A DNA stretch of 26,321 bases from Verrucomicrobiales bacterium (GCA_031411295.1 JANOAV010000065.1:1-26321), one strand, 5' to 3'. Counted from the first letter of the stretch, positions 9,173 through 18,930 are shown. The notes: generated by a model from the sequence alone, not told the origin. Numbers and translations: made by a program.

Positions 9173-10699
9173 ATGATCCTTCGCAGCCTTAGCCCACTCA
9201 TTTGTGCAGCCTCCGGGCTGCTTTTTGTTGCCGCCGTCGCCACTCCCGTGCGGGCTCAGAAATCATCCGAGGCCGGGGAGGAGAAGACCACTTCCATGGG
9301 CAAGCAATACGAGGGCATCGTCCGCGTTGAATGCGCCTCCATTGTGCCTGATTACAAAACGCCGTGGAATCCTGGACTCCCCAGCGGGGGCAGCGGCACC
9401 GCATTTATGATTGCGCCGAATCTCTTTCTCACCAACGCCCACGTGGTGAGTAATGCCAATCGGCTCATCATCAAGAAGGTGGGTGATGCGCAACCATACC
9501 TCGCCAAGATCAAATTTATCGCCCATGATTGCGATTTGGCCCTGCTGGAGCTGCGGAAGCCAGACGCCTTCAAGGACGTCACTCCGTTGGCCATCGGTGA
9601 TGAAATCCCCAAGCTGGATACCACGGTAAAAGTGGTCGGCTACCCCATCGGCGGGGAGCGCATTTCCGTGACGCGTGGGGTGGTCAGCCGCATTGACTTC
9701 GTTTCCTACAGCCACAGCGGAGTCGATCACCATTTGGCCATTCAGATCGATGCGGCCATCAATCCCGGCAACAGCGGTGGCCCTGTGCTGCAGGAAGGTA
9801 AAATCGCTGGCGTGGCCTTCCAAGGCTACAGCGGGAGCGTGGCGCAGAATACGGGCTACATGATTCCGGTTCCCGTCATCAAGCGTTTCCTGAAGGACGT
9901 CGAAGACGGGAAATACGACAACTATGTGGATCTTTCCGCCTCCGATTTCCCCCTACTGAACCCCGCGCAGCGCCAAGCGCTGGGACTGCCAGACGACGGC
10001 GTGGGCATCATGATCTCCACAGTGGATTCCAGTGGATCGGCCGGCGGCAAACTCCAGACGGGCGATGTGCTTCTGGCCATCGACGGCAATAAAATCGCCA
10101 GCAATGGCTTCATCGATCTGAATGGTGAGCAGGTGGACATGGCGGAAATTGCGGAGCGGAAATTTGCCGGAGACAAACTCAAGCTCAGCGTCTGGCGCGA
10201 CAAAAAGCAACTCGATGTGGAGATCGAGCTGAAACGCCTCACGGCCTACCTCATGAACGCCCGGAACTACGAGAAGCGTCCGGAATACGTGATGTTTGCC
10301 GGATTGGTGTTCCAACCGTTGGACTTCGACATGCTTTCCGCCCATAACATCAGCAACCAACGGGTGCGCTTCTATTATAATTACTACGCCACCAACGAAC
10401 TATTCAAAGAGCACCCGCAGGTCATCGTGCTAACCCAGGTCCTGCCGGACTCCATCAATACTTATTTAAAAGATTACTCCCAGCAAGTGGTGGAGGAAAT
10501 CAATGGCAAGCCCATCAAAACCCTGAAGGACGTGGAAACCGCCCTGCAAAATGAACCGGCGGGCGACCACGTGGTAATCAAGCTGGAAGGTGAGGGTCGT
10601 CCGATTGTGTTGGAAAAGAAACTCATCGGAGCCGCGCACAAGCGCATCAAACAAAAATATGACGTCAAAAATGATTCGTTCATCAACGACGCCCCTTAA
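9173..10699 (+). CDS. HtrA/Deg2-like trypsin serine protease with PDZ domains (active)
   Basis: Catalytic triad motifs TNAHVV, HDCDLA, INPGNSGGP; SVTRGVVSRI and AGLVFQPL typical of Deg2-type proteases. Confidence 0.92.
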   Translation: MILRSLSPLICAASGLLFVAAVATPVRAQKSSEAGEEKTTSMGKQYEGIVRVECASIVPDYKTPWNPGLPSGGSGTAFMIAPNLFLTNAHVVSNANRLIIKKVGDAQPYLAKIKFIAHDCDLALLELRKPDAFKDVTPLAIGDEIPKLDTTVKVVGYPIGGERISVTRGVVSRIDFVSYSHSGVDHHLAIQIDAAINPGNSGGPVLQEGKIAGVAFQGYSGSVAQNTGYMIPVPVIKRFLKDVEDGKYDNYVDLSASDFPLLNPAQRQALGLPDDGVGIMISTVDSSGSAGGKLQTGDVLLAIDGNKIASNGFIDLNGEQVDMAEIAERKFAGDKLKLSVWRDKKQLDVEIELKRLTAYLMNARNYEKRPEYVMFAGLVFQPLDFDMLSAHNISNQRVRFYYNYYATNELFKEHPQVIVLTQVLPDSINTYLKDYSQQVVEEINGKPIKTLKDVETALQNEPAGDHVVIKLEGEGRPIVLEKKLIGAAHKRIKQKYDVKNDSFINDAP

Positions 10700-10741
10700 A
10701 ACCTTATTTTTCAATTCTCATACTTTTCATTCTCTTTCACT

Positions 10742-12217
10742 ATGAAACGCTTTCTTCTTACCACGCTTGGTTGCGCTGCCCTTTCCCAGTCCCTCCTGGC
10801 CGATGCCCTCCCCACGGCCGATACCTCCCTGCTCCGCGTCAATATTACCAGCCAAGGCTGGAACTTTTACGTTCCGTGGCAGAAGGTAAATCCCAACACC
10901 CGCCGCGGACTGGGGGCGCTCTTGGAGGGCAATCGGGTCTTGGTTACCGCCGAACTCGCCCAGGACGCCACGTATATCGAACTGGAACAGGCGGACACCG
11001 GACGCAAGATTTCCGCCAAGGTTGAGTTCATCGACTACGAGTGCGATTTGGCCACGCTGGTGCCTTTGGATGCCCCGGGCGACTTCTTCGAGGGCAAGAA
11101 GCCCCTGCAAATCGACACCTCCGCCAAGCCCAAGGATAAATTTGCCGTGTGGCAGTTCGAGAACAATGGCTCGCCCGTGTCCACGCCCTTGGAATTTACC
11201 CGGGCTGATCTTGGCGAATACTTTATCGACAACGAACGGTTCCTGACTTTCGAAGCGACTGGACCAGTGCAATATCGCGCGGGGACGTTCACGCTGCCCG
11301 TGGTCAACAACGGCAAACTAACCGGAATGCTGCTTAGTTACAGTGCCAAGGATCAAGTGGCGCAGATCCTGCCCGGGAAAATCATCCAACGTTTTCTGGA
11401 TGACGCCAAAGACGGCAACTACGAAGGATTTCCGGGCTTCGGCGTGAAAACCAGCAGCACTCTGGATCGCCAACTGCGCAGCTACCTCAAACTCCCGGAC
11501 AACGACGGTGGCGTCTATGTCAGTGCCGTGCTTCCCAATTCCTCCGCCGAAAAAGCCGGACTGAAAAAGGGCGATGTCATCCTGGAGCTGGGGGGCAAGA
11601 AAATTGACAGCCGCGGGAACTACGACGCAGGTGACTACGGCCTGTTAGGCATGGGAAACCTCACCAAGGGCAGTGCGAAGATTGGAGAAGTGCTCAAGGT
11701 CAAAGTTTGGCGCGACGGAGCGGCCCTGGACATCGACATGACCATGCTGCGGCAGGATCCGTCCTCCAAGCTGGTGGAACCCTACATGTTCGACCGCGGT
11801 CCGCGCTTTTTGGTGCTGGGCGGACTGCTGTTTCAAGAACTCAGCGAACCCTACCTGGGTAGCGATGAGCGGCGGGAGCGAGCCCCCTTTATGCTGTTGT
11901 ATGCCACGCAGAATCCTGAGAAGTTCCAAGCGGAAGGACGCAAGAAACTCGTCTTTCTTAGTGCCATTCTGCCAGCCGAATCCAACCAAGGCTACGAGCG
12001 CATGAACGGACTCATCGTCACCAAGGTGAATAATCAGTTTATCACCGATATCAAAGCGCTCGATGAAGCGGTCAAACAGCCCATCGATGGGATCCATAAA
12101 ATTGAATTCAGTGAATTCCCCAAAGTGATCTACGTCGATGCCGCCCAAGCGCAGAAAGACAACGAGGAAACGATGCCTCAGCGCTATCGCATCACCACGC
12201 TGAAACGCTTGGACTAA
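10742..12217 (+). CDS. Deg2-like PDZ protein, catalytically inactive protease paralog
   Basis: Collinear with the upstream protease (YECDLA, LKKGDVIL, GGLLFQEL) but the His motif reads VTAELA and no GNSGG is present. Confidence 0.8.
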   Translation: MKRFLLTTLGCAALSQSLLADALPTADTSLLRVNITSQGWNFYVPWQKVNPNTRRGLGALLEGNRVLVTAELAQDATYIELEQADTGRKISAKVEFIDYECDLATLVPLDAPGDFFEGKKPLQIDTSAKPKDKFAVWQFENNGSPVSTPLEFTRADLGEYFIDNERFLTFEATGPVQYRAGTFTLPVVNNGKLTGMLLSYSAKDQVAQILPGKIIQRFLDDAKDGNYEGFPGFGVKTSSTLDRQLRSYLKLPDNDGGVYVSAVLPNSSAEKAGLKKGDVILELGGKKIDSRGNYDAGDYGLLGMGNLTKGSAKIGEVLKVKVWRDGAALDIDMTMLRQDPSSKLVEPYMFDRGPRFLVLGGLLFQELSEPYLGSDERRERAPFMLLYATQNPEKFQAEGRKKLVFLSAILPAESNQGYERMNGLIVTKVNNQFITDIKALDEAVKQPIDGIHKIEFSEFPKVIYVDAAQAQKDNEETMPQRYRITTLKRLD

Positions 12218-12343
12218 AACGGCCTCCCGCCAGAACGGCTCCGGCCCCCCCGGTCTCCTCGCACCCCGCGTTCAGGGAACTCCCTAATCGATATCATTCG
12301 CCTCTTGACCGGGGAGCGCTAAACATAGTCAACTCTCTTTATT

Positions 12344-13441
12344 ATGTCCCCATTAATTCACCTAACGTTGCTCACTGCCCTCACCGGCTCTTTCTCAACC
12401 CAGGTCTTGGCCCAAGCCAGCGCGGAACCAGTTCCCCCAGCTGAGACCGAAGCGGCTGAGCCAACCGCCCCGGCCACCCGCACTGCCCCAGGTGCCATCA
12501 ATGACAAAGGGATGGCGGACTTGCTGAAAGCCCTGCAGGCCCTGCAAGGTCAGTTGGGCTCCGCCAAATCCAAGCAGACCGCCGCCGCCCTGGCCGCTTT
12601 TCAGGCTGCCGCGGCCGCTGATGATAAGGCTTACGCGCTCTTCATGGAATGCAAAAAGAAGATCGATTTCGACGACAAGGGCAAGGAGGCCAAAGACTGG
12701 GTCGATTGGAAACGCCGGGACGATACCAAGATGCTCAATGATGGCGAGCATCTGGCCGCGCTGAAACTGCAGTTGCAGTGGCTCATCCTCAGCATCCAAG
12801 CAGGCAATGCCACCACGGATACCGCCTTCGCTGCCGTCGTCGCCCAAGTGCCCACCTACCTCGACAATCTGTTCGCCAGCTACAAGCGCATGAAAACCTT
12901 CCGGGGCGAACTCAATCGTGACGTCATCGACACCCTGTTCGGGAAATTTTATAAACTCGACATCACCCTGGGACGTCGCGAGGGCTGGAGCTACAACCCA
13001 CTGAACATCGATGCCACCTTCGACACCGTCATTCTCCCCTACCTGCGCAACTTGAAGAACGCCAGCAACGTCGGGTCGGCGTGGAAGAAGCGCATTCAAA
13101 TGCACCAGGACATGCTGGAGATCGAGGAACGCGAAGCCAAATCCAATCCCGGCAGCACCGCCGAGGAACGCGGCATTAAATTTAAAGAAGAGAAACTACC
13201 CCGCTTGGAGTGGGGCATGCTCAAAGATGGCTTCCTGATGGGAAATGAAACCTCTGCCGCTACCGCCATGCTGACCCACATTCGCAACCATCTGGGCCAC
13301 AAAGATGCCGCCTTGTGGATCGAGGAAATGACCAAAATGGCCAACCATGAAGTGGTGGAACCAACCACCGTGCCAGATAATCCCAGTGGTGAGCCCAAGC
13401 CACAACAGCGTCAGCAAGGCAACAAAACTCGCGCTCGCTAA
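12344..13441 (+). CDS. Secreted alpha-helical hypothetical protein
   Basis: 365-aa ORF with signal peptide, co-oriented with neighbours; no recognised motif. Confidence 0.75.
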   Translation: MSPLIHLTLLTALTGSFSTQVLAQASAEPVPPAETEAAEPTAPATRTAPGAINDKGMADLLKALQALQGQLGSAKSKQTAAALAAFQAAAAADDKAYALFMECKKKIDFDDKGKEAKDWVDWKRRDDTKMLNDGEHLAALKLQLQWLILSIQAGNATTDTAFAAVVAQVPTYLDNLFASYKRMKTFRGELNRDVIDTLFGKFYKLDITLGRREGWSYNPLNIDATFDTVILPYLRNLKNASNVGSAWKKRIQMHQDMLEIEEREAKSNPGSTAEERGIKFKEEKLPRLEWGMLKDGFLMGNETSAATAMLTHIRNHLGHKDAALWIEEMTKMANHEVVEPTTVPDNPSGEPKPQQRQQGNKTRAR

Positions 13442-13464
13442 CCTCTCTCCCCCACCCTCAGTCC

Positions 13465-14337
13465 ATGACCTCCCGTCGCCAATTCCTTTCTGTTTCTGCT
13501 GCTGCCTCCACCGCCAGTTTGATTTCTGCTGCCGCCGCGGAGGATGATCCCAATTGGAAAATCAAGGCCGGGCGGATCAAGCAATCGGTGGTGCATTGGT
13601 GCTTCAATCCCATGAGCGTCGAGGACCTGGCCAAGGCCTCCGCCGGCATGGGTTTGGCCAGCGTCGAATTGGTCGGGCCGGAGCACTGGCCCACCTTGAA
13701 GAAATATGGCCTAACGTGTGCCATTGCTGGCAGCCATGGCTTTGCCAAGGGCTTCGCGCACCCGGAGGAGCACGAGGAGTGCCTGGCGAAACTCCGCACC
13801 AGCATTGATGCCAGCGCAGATTTCGGATGCCCCAGCGTGATTACTTTCTCTGGTTTCCGCCGCGGTCTCAGCACCGAGGAGGGCCAGAAGAACATGATTG
13901 AAGGGTTGAAGAAAATTGTCGGTTATGCCGAGCAAAAGAAAGTGACCCTGTGCTTGGAAATGTTGAACAGCCGAGTCAACACGACCATGAAGGGGCACCC
14001 GGATTACTTTTGCGACAAAATCGAAATGGGCGTGGAGGTCTGCAAGGCGATCGGTTCCCCCAACCTGAAAATGCTCTTCGATATCTATCATGTGCAAATC
14101 ATGCAGGGCGATGTGATCACGCGGATCAAAGAATTCAAAGATTTCCTCGGCCATGTGCATACGGCGGGGAATCCCGGGCGTAACGAGATCGGAATGAATC
14201 AAGAAATCAACTATCCGCCCATCATGCAAGCCCTCCTCGACGTGGGCTATCAGGGCTATGTGGGACAGGAGTTCATTCCCACTAACCCCGACAAAATCGC
14301 TGCCCTCCGTGAGGGTGTGCGCCTTTGTGATATCTAA
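13465..14337 (+). CDS. Tat-exported hydroxypyruvate isomerase / xylose-isomerase-like TIM-barrel protein
   Basis: SRRQFL Tat motif; GRIKQSV; LEMLNS; FDIYHVQIMQGD; HVHTAGNPGRNE; GQEFIP. Confidence 0.88.
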   Translation: MTSRRQFLSVSAAASTASLISAAAAEDDPNWKIKAGRIKQSVVHWCFNPMSVEDLAKASAGMGLASVELVGPEHWPTLKKYGLTCAIAGSHGFAKGFAHPEEHEECLAKLRTSIDASADFGCPSVITFSGFRRGLSTEEGQKNMIEGLKKIVGYAEQKKVTLCLEMLNSRVNTTMKGHPDYFCDKIEMGVEVCKAIGSPNLKMLFDIYHVQIMQGDVITRIKEFKDFLGHVHTAGNPGRNEIGMNQEINYPPIMQALLDVGYQGYVGQEFIPTNPDKIAALREGVRLCDI

Positions 14338-14346
14338 TCGAACTCC

Positions 14347-14916
14347 ATGACCACCACCGCCATCGTCAGTATTGTTGCCGTTTCCGCTTCCGCCCTCCTT
14401 TGGGTTGGCTGTAGCACTGGCAACAGTGGCTACCAGACCGCCGCCTACACCAGCACGAAAACTGAAGGCACTTTTGAAATTCGCTCCTACCCCGCCATGA
14501 CCGTCGCCAGCACGGTCAATAACGACCAGGGCCGGGATGGGCGGTTCATGAAACTCTTTGGCTACATTTCCGGTAAGAACGAGACCAAGGAAAAGATCGC
14601 CATGACCACCCCGGTCTTCATGGAAGGCAACGAAATGGCCTTCGTCATGCCCGAAGATGTCGCCAAGAAGGGCGCGCCACCAGCGGCCTCGCCTGACGTT
14701 AAAGTTTCCACCAAACCCGCCCGCACCATGGCGGTCTATCGATACAGCGGATGGTCCGACTCCACCAAGGAAGCCGCCGCCAAGGCGAAGTTGCTGGAGT
14801 GGATGAAATCCCAAAATTTAGTAGCCGCCGGTGAGCCCGTGGTGGCAGGCTACAATCCCCCGTGGACGCTGGGTCCATTGCGGCGGAATGAGATTCTAAT
14901 TCCCATCAAAAAATGA
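14347..14916 (+). CDS. SOUL family heme-binding protein, probable lipoprotein
   Basis: FEIRSYP, FMKLFGYISGKN, IAMTTPV, MAFVMP, YNPPWT..RRNEI; lipobox-like WVGC. Confidence 0.9.
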   Translation: MTTTAIVSIVAVSASALLWVGCSTGNSGYQTAAYTSTKTEGTFEIRSYPAMTVASTVNNDQGRDGRFMKLFGYISGKNETKEKIAMTTPVFMEGNEMAFVMPEDVAKKGAPPAASPDVKVSTKPARTMAVYRYSGWSDSTKEAAAKAKLLEWMKSQNLVAAGEPVVAGYNPPWTLGPLRRNEILIPIKK

Positions 14917-15815
14917 CCCTCAGCCATCTCCAGCCGCACCAATGGGACGAAGTCGCCCAATTAGTTCACACCTCGCTGGAGACTTGGTATCGCAAGAATC
15001 TCAACATCGAACGTTTCGGCACTGCTTGGGAACCGTTCCGGGTGTTCACCGAAATTTACGAGACCTTGGACCCCGGCCGCTGCTTGGTTGCCCTGGACGA
15101 TGACGGAAAGCTGCTCGGTAGTATTTTCTATCACCCACGCGAAACCCATATCGGCATCGGTGTCGTCACCACGCACCCGACGGCTGGCAAACGAGGCATC
15201 GCCAAAGCCATGCTGGAGGAAATCATTCGTCACGCCGAAGGCAAGCCGCTGCGACTCGTCTCCAGCGCGATGAATCTGGATTCGTTTTCCCTCTATACGA
15301 AATTGGGATTCGTCCCCCACGCCACTTATCAGGATCTGAGCCTAACCGTCCCCGAGCATGGCCTCCCCGACGCTCCAACGAATGTCCGCCGAGCCACCCA
15401 GGTCGATGCCGTGGCCATGGCCGATCTGGAATTCCGCCTCAATGGCATCCGTCGTCAGTTGGACTATGATTTCTTCATCGCCAATGTCGGCAACCACTGG
15501 CGGACCTTGCTGGTGGAGCGCGACGGGAAGTTGGTGGGCTTCCTCAACGCCTGCGCCCATCCTGCCTCCTGCTTGCTGGGTCCCGGCGTCAGCGCGGACG
15601 CCACCACCATGTCCCAACTGATCCATGCCATGCTCGACCAACATTTCCGCGGCCAGGCCATCGTGTGGCTGGCCCCCGTCAACTGCCGGGAACTCGTGCA
15701 GCAAGCCTACGCCTGGGGAGCCCGCAATATCGAAATCCACCTCGCCAGCGCCCGCGGCCCCGCCCCGCCACTCACTGGCATCACCCTCCCCACCTTCATG
15801 CCCGAAAGCGGCTAG
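14913..15815 (+). CDS. GNAT family N-acetyltransferase
   Basis: Acetyl-CoA motif THPTAGKRGIAKAML and SLYTKLGF; ATGA overlap with the SOUL gene. Confidence 0.85.
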   Translation: MTLSHLQPHQWDEVAQLVHTSLETWYRKNLNIERFGTAWEPFRVFTEIYETLDPGRCLVALDDDGKLLGSIFYHPRETHIGIGVVTTHPTAGKRGIAKAMLEEIIRHAEGKPLRLVSSAMNLDSFSLYTKLGFVPHATYQDLSLTVPEHGLPDAPTNVRRATQVDAVAMADLEFRLNGIRRQLDYDFFIANVGNHWRTLLVERDGKLVGFLNACAHPASCLLGPGVSADATTMSQLIHAMLDQHFRGQAIVWLAPVNCRELVQQAYAWGARNIEIHLASARGPAPPLTGITLPTFMPESG

Positions 15816-15821
15816 CCGAGT

Positions 15822-16067
15822 GTGGAGCAGTCCGCTGGACTGCTCAAAACCCTTCCGACCTCAGCTCAGGGCATAACAGTAAGTGTGGCATGGGCGTCCC
15901 CCCCCATTAGCCAAACACCCGCAGCGCCCACGCACGCATCGAAAGGTCCGACCTGAATAACGCAGGAACGAATCCCCGGCTAAAAGCCCCTTTTTGAACG
16001 CCCCAGTCCGTGACTACATTCTAAACGCCGTTTGTGGGATGAAGCGCAGTCCAGCGGACTGCTCCAC
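15822..16067. repeat. Inverted REP pair (REPIN-like) enclosing a second REP-like palindrome
   Basis: GTGGAGCAGTCCGCTGGACTGCTC at 15822-15845 and an inverted copy at 16044-16067 (1 mismatch); GTGGCATGGGCGTCCCCCCCAT-type hairpin at ~15885-15907. Confidence 0.8.
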
Positions 16068-16156
16068 ACTCTTTAGAGCTGCCCGGCGGCTAATTTTCCA
16101 CGCTGACCCTAGCTTTGTGATTGACCGGAGCGTCCCTCTTCGGCACGCTAGGTTTC

Positions 16157-17563
16157 ATGAAATCGAACTCTCTCTTGATGCCAACCCTCCTGGTGGGAAT
16201 CGGCCTCGGCATTGGCTACGACCTCGGCAGACGGCAGGGTCGGGCGGCTGGGGAAACCGCGCGGATCACTTCCGGCCAGCAGCCGCAAAACGCTGGAAAT
16301 TCCACCGCATCTTCCAATGGCCCTACGAACACCAAGCGCAGCACCAATCCCGCAGCCACCGCGAAAAGTCTCCTCGACGCCATGCTCCACAGCAGCAAAG
16401 GAGGCGGAGCGGACCCCGTGGGCCGCATGCACTTCCGGGTAGCGCTGTCCCAGTGCGACGAGGCCACGCTCTCGGACCTGATTGAAGAGCTGCGGGAAAT
16501 GTCCGCCCGAGACCCGGAAAAGTTTTTCTCAGAGCACCCCGAAGCCTCACAATGGTGTTACCTGATGGTCGAGCGCATGGCAACCTTGGACCCCATGGAG
16601 GCGATTGACGTTCTCTTAGGATTCAAAGCGACCCAGTTCAGCTTCAGTGAAGAGAATATCGAACTAATTTTTTCAACTCTCTCCCAGCAAGCTCCCTCGC
16701 AAATCCCCACCGCACTGGCCAAAATGGAAGCCAACGGAATGAGAAGCGATGGTGAACGAGCCTGGCTGCTCACGCAGGCCAAGACCGACCCTGATGCCGT
16801 GTTCCAATTCCTCATGGGCCGCCAGGACAAAGCCTCGATGAGCCGTGATGACCTTGTGGCAATTGCCAAGCGTCTCGGACTCTACGCCCCGGAGAAAGCA
16901 CTTGTAGTGGTGCAGGAATATAATAACAAGGGCAATGGTGATCGGCTGCTATATGATTTGATGGCTTCGTGGTCCCAGCGCGATCCCTCCTCTGCCTACG
17001 AGCATGCCATAGCCCAGAAGGACGCAGTCCTGCTGCTTCCATGTTTGGCGCGGGATCCCTTTGCATCGGTGAACTACGCAGCTCTCCGGCAAGCATTCCC
17101 TGAGTTAAAGAGTTCCAACCCAAGAGCCCGTCAGACCCTGGCCTCGATGATCGCTGAAGACTTAGCCGAACAGGATGTCAACGTCGCCAGGCAATGGGCC
17201 GCCACTCTGCCCTCAGCAGACCAAGTCGAGGTCAATACCGCCATTGCCAAACATTGGATTGGAGCTGATCCCGTGGCCGCGTCCGAGTGGCTGGTCACCT
17301 GGCCTGCGGGGCAAGCCAAGGAGTCCGCCGTCACCAGCCTGATCTACAGAATCAAGGAGGACGATCCCGAACGCGCTCTCACGTGGGCCACCAATTACCT
17401 GCAAGGAGAGGTCCGCTACGACACCCTTGCCGACATCATGAGATCCTTTGGCGCCAAAGACCCCAACGCCGCCGCCCGGGCCGCACTCTCAGAGGAAGAC
17501 CGCACGCTGCTGAAATTCATGGAAAAGAAACCCCCAGCAGACCCCTTCGCACCTTCACCTTGA
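16157..17563 (+). CDS. Membrane-anchored hypothetical protein with 'W..DP..A..W' helical repeats
   Basis: N-terminal hydrophobic segment; repeated WSQRDPSSA, WIGADPVAASEW, DDPERALTW; ATG 16157 preferred over TTG 16121. Confidence 0.75.
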   Translation: MKSNSLLMPTLLVGIGLGIGYDLGRRQGRAAGETARITSGQQPQNAGNSTASSNGPTNTKRSTNPAATAKSLLDAMLHSSKGGGADPVGRMHFRVALSQCDEATLSDLIEELREMSARDPEKFFSEHPEASQWCYLMVERMATLDPMEAIDVLLGFKATQFSFSEENIELIFSTLSQQAPSQIPTALAKMEANGMRSDGERAWLLTQAKTDPDAVFQFLMGRQDKASMSRDDLVAIAKRLGLYAPEKALVVVQEYNNKGNGDRLLYDLMASWSQRDPSSAYEHAIAQKDAVLLLPCLARDPFASVNYAALRQAFPELKSSNPRARQTLASMIAEDLAEQDVNVARQWAATLPSADQVEVNTAIAKHWIGADPVAASEWLVTWPAGQAKESAVTSLIYRIKEDDPERALTWATNYLQGEVRYDTLADIMRSFGAKDPNAAARAALSEEDRTLLKFMEKKPPADPFAPSP

Positions 17564-17673
17564 ATTTTAGTCCGCCACACCGCACCACCCAGGTAAAAGT
17601 GCATTAGGAAATGTTCCACTGGGGCTGCGCAAATGACTGCGCCAGCCTGAGCTGGCATTTTGGCCCCTGAGTT

Positions 17674-17693
17674 GGAGTCCCGCTTTTAAGCGG
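17674..17693 (+). repeat. Solitary REP-like palindrome
   Basis: GGAGTC leader then CCGCTT-TT-AAGCGG hairpin in intergenic DNA. Confidence 0.45.
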
Positions 17694-17733
17694 AGGAACC
17701 AGCTCAGGTCTGGCACGAGCAAGGCCCGAGCCG

Positions 17734-17925
17734 TTACGGGCAGATCAAAGGCACCTTGGGAAAGTAGGTTTCAAAGCGATTTTTATCCCGAGTGAGCAAA
17801 ATGATGGGGTTAATCCACAGGTCAGCCTTCCATCGATTGATCTGTGCATCAGACCACGTTTCCCAGAGAGGATCACCATAGAGCACATCCGTGATGACAT
17901 TGGTATCCACGAGAACTCCTTTGGC
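17734..17925 (-). pseudogene. VapC/PIN-domain toxin remnant with lost start and in-frame internal deletion
   Basis: Manual translation AKGVLVDTNVITDVLYGDPLWETWSDAQINRWKADLWINPIILLTRDKNRFETYFPKVPLICP*; PIN N-terminal VDTNV and C-terminal LLTRD..RF.TYFP motifs in only 63 aa. Confidence 0.8.
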
Positions 17926-17952
17926 GAAAGCCTGTTTCCGGATTAGCGCTGC

Positions 17953-18176
17953 CCTGTTGGGAAATGGTAAAAAATTGGTGGTAAAAGATTGAGTTCGTAG
18001 GACTGATTACTTCACAGAAATTTAGCCACAAAACGCACACAAAACACAAAAATGGCATGAAATCGGGCTTTTTTGTGTGGTTTGTGTTCTCTGTGGCCAA
18101 TTCCGTCCGTGGAATAATCAGCCCTATTGAGTTCGGAAAGCCCTCATCTTTTACCAACCATCTTTTACCAAACAGG
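17953..18176. repeat. Nested long inverted repeat (three arm pairs)
   Basis: 17965-17993 vs 18143-18170; 17998-18015 vs 18109-18126 (15/18); ~18017-18052 vs ~18070-18104 (imperfect); CCTGTT/AACAGG at the ends. Confidence 0.85.
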
Positions 18177-18245
18177 ATCCTGGCATGCTGGAAAAGGACG
18201 TCCCCCGCCACCAAGCTGCGTAGGGTTCAGCCGCCGCATAGCGTT

Positions 18246-18896
18246 TCATTCCGACGGCCGCAGCTGCGGATATTTTTGGAAAATCTCCTCACACTCCCGC
18301 GCCAACCGTTCGAACCAAGCCCGTTGCGTTTCCTCTGACATGGATGGCAGGGATTCACCCAAGGCGGGGTCCCATTCGTCCGCCCAGACCGTGTTCATCC
18401 GTTTTAGCCAGTGCTCGTAGTCTTGTTCCGTGGCCTCCGTCCGGGCCAGCGTTTGGCCTACGAGTTTATTGGGATCCATCTCCGGCCCCAGGGTGCCGGA
18501 CACCAGCTCAGTGATGCCTTCCAACTTTAGTTCCGCGGCTTTCCGGACCAATCCTCCCAGTTGCCTTGCGCCCATCAGGTTTCCCTCCGCCAGCCGGTAG
18601 GCCGCATACGCCCTCACCAGTTCCATCTGGTCCCGGCGGAACCACACCGCCACCCGAGCCCGCACCGGATCCATCACCCGATCCATTTCTTGGAACGTGC
18701 TGACCCGTTCAGGTGCTCTCACTTGCTTCGCCTCCACTGCGATTGGCTCCCACTCTGCCAGGATGCTCTGCAACTGCTCCAGCGTTACGGGTTCCGCAGC
18801 GGGGTTGGGTGCTATCCAGCGCAGATTCCGGGTGAATGCCACCAGCGCATCAAGCAGGGGCGAATCAGCGGCCTCGGAGGAATCTTCAGGAAGCAT
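18246..18896 (-). CDS. Hypothetical protein
   Basis: Protein-like helical ORF directly downstream of the FN3 gene; ATG 18896 avoids overlap (ORF open to 18980). Confidence 0.65.
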   Translation of the reverse strand: MLPEDSSEAADSPLLDALVAFTRNLRWIAPNPAAEPVTLEQLQSILAEWEPIAVEAKQVRAPERVSTFQEMDRVMDPVRARVAVWFRRDQMELVRAYAAYRLAEGNLMGARQLGGLVRKAAELKLEGITELVSGTLGPEMDPNKLVGQTLARTEATEQDYEHWLKRMNTVWADEWDPALGESLPSMSEETQRAWFERLARECEEIFQKYPQLRPSE

Positions 18897-18930
18897 GGGT
18901 TTGGGCTCGGGTGTTGGGGGTTCCGTTATT

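Noticed and set aside
12305..12335. TTGACC as a -35 element
   Set aside because: No acceptable -10 at 16-18 bp spacing.
13711..14814. 367-aa minus-strand ORF
   Set aside because: Shadow of the TIM-barrel and SOUL genes.
17641..17661. GCCAGC-CTGA-GCTGGC-ATTTT as a terminator
   Set aside because: Only a 6-bp stem and a short U run; too weak to call.
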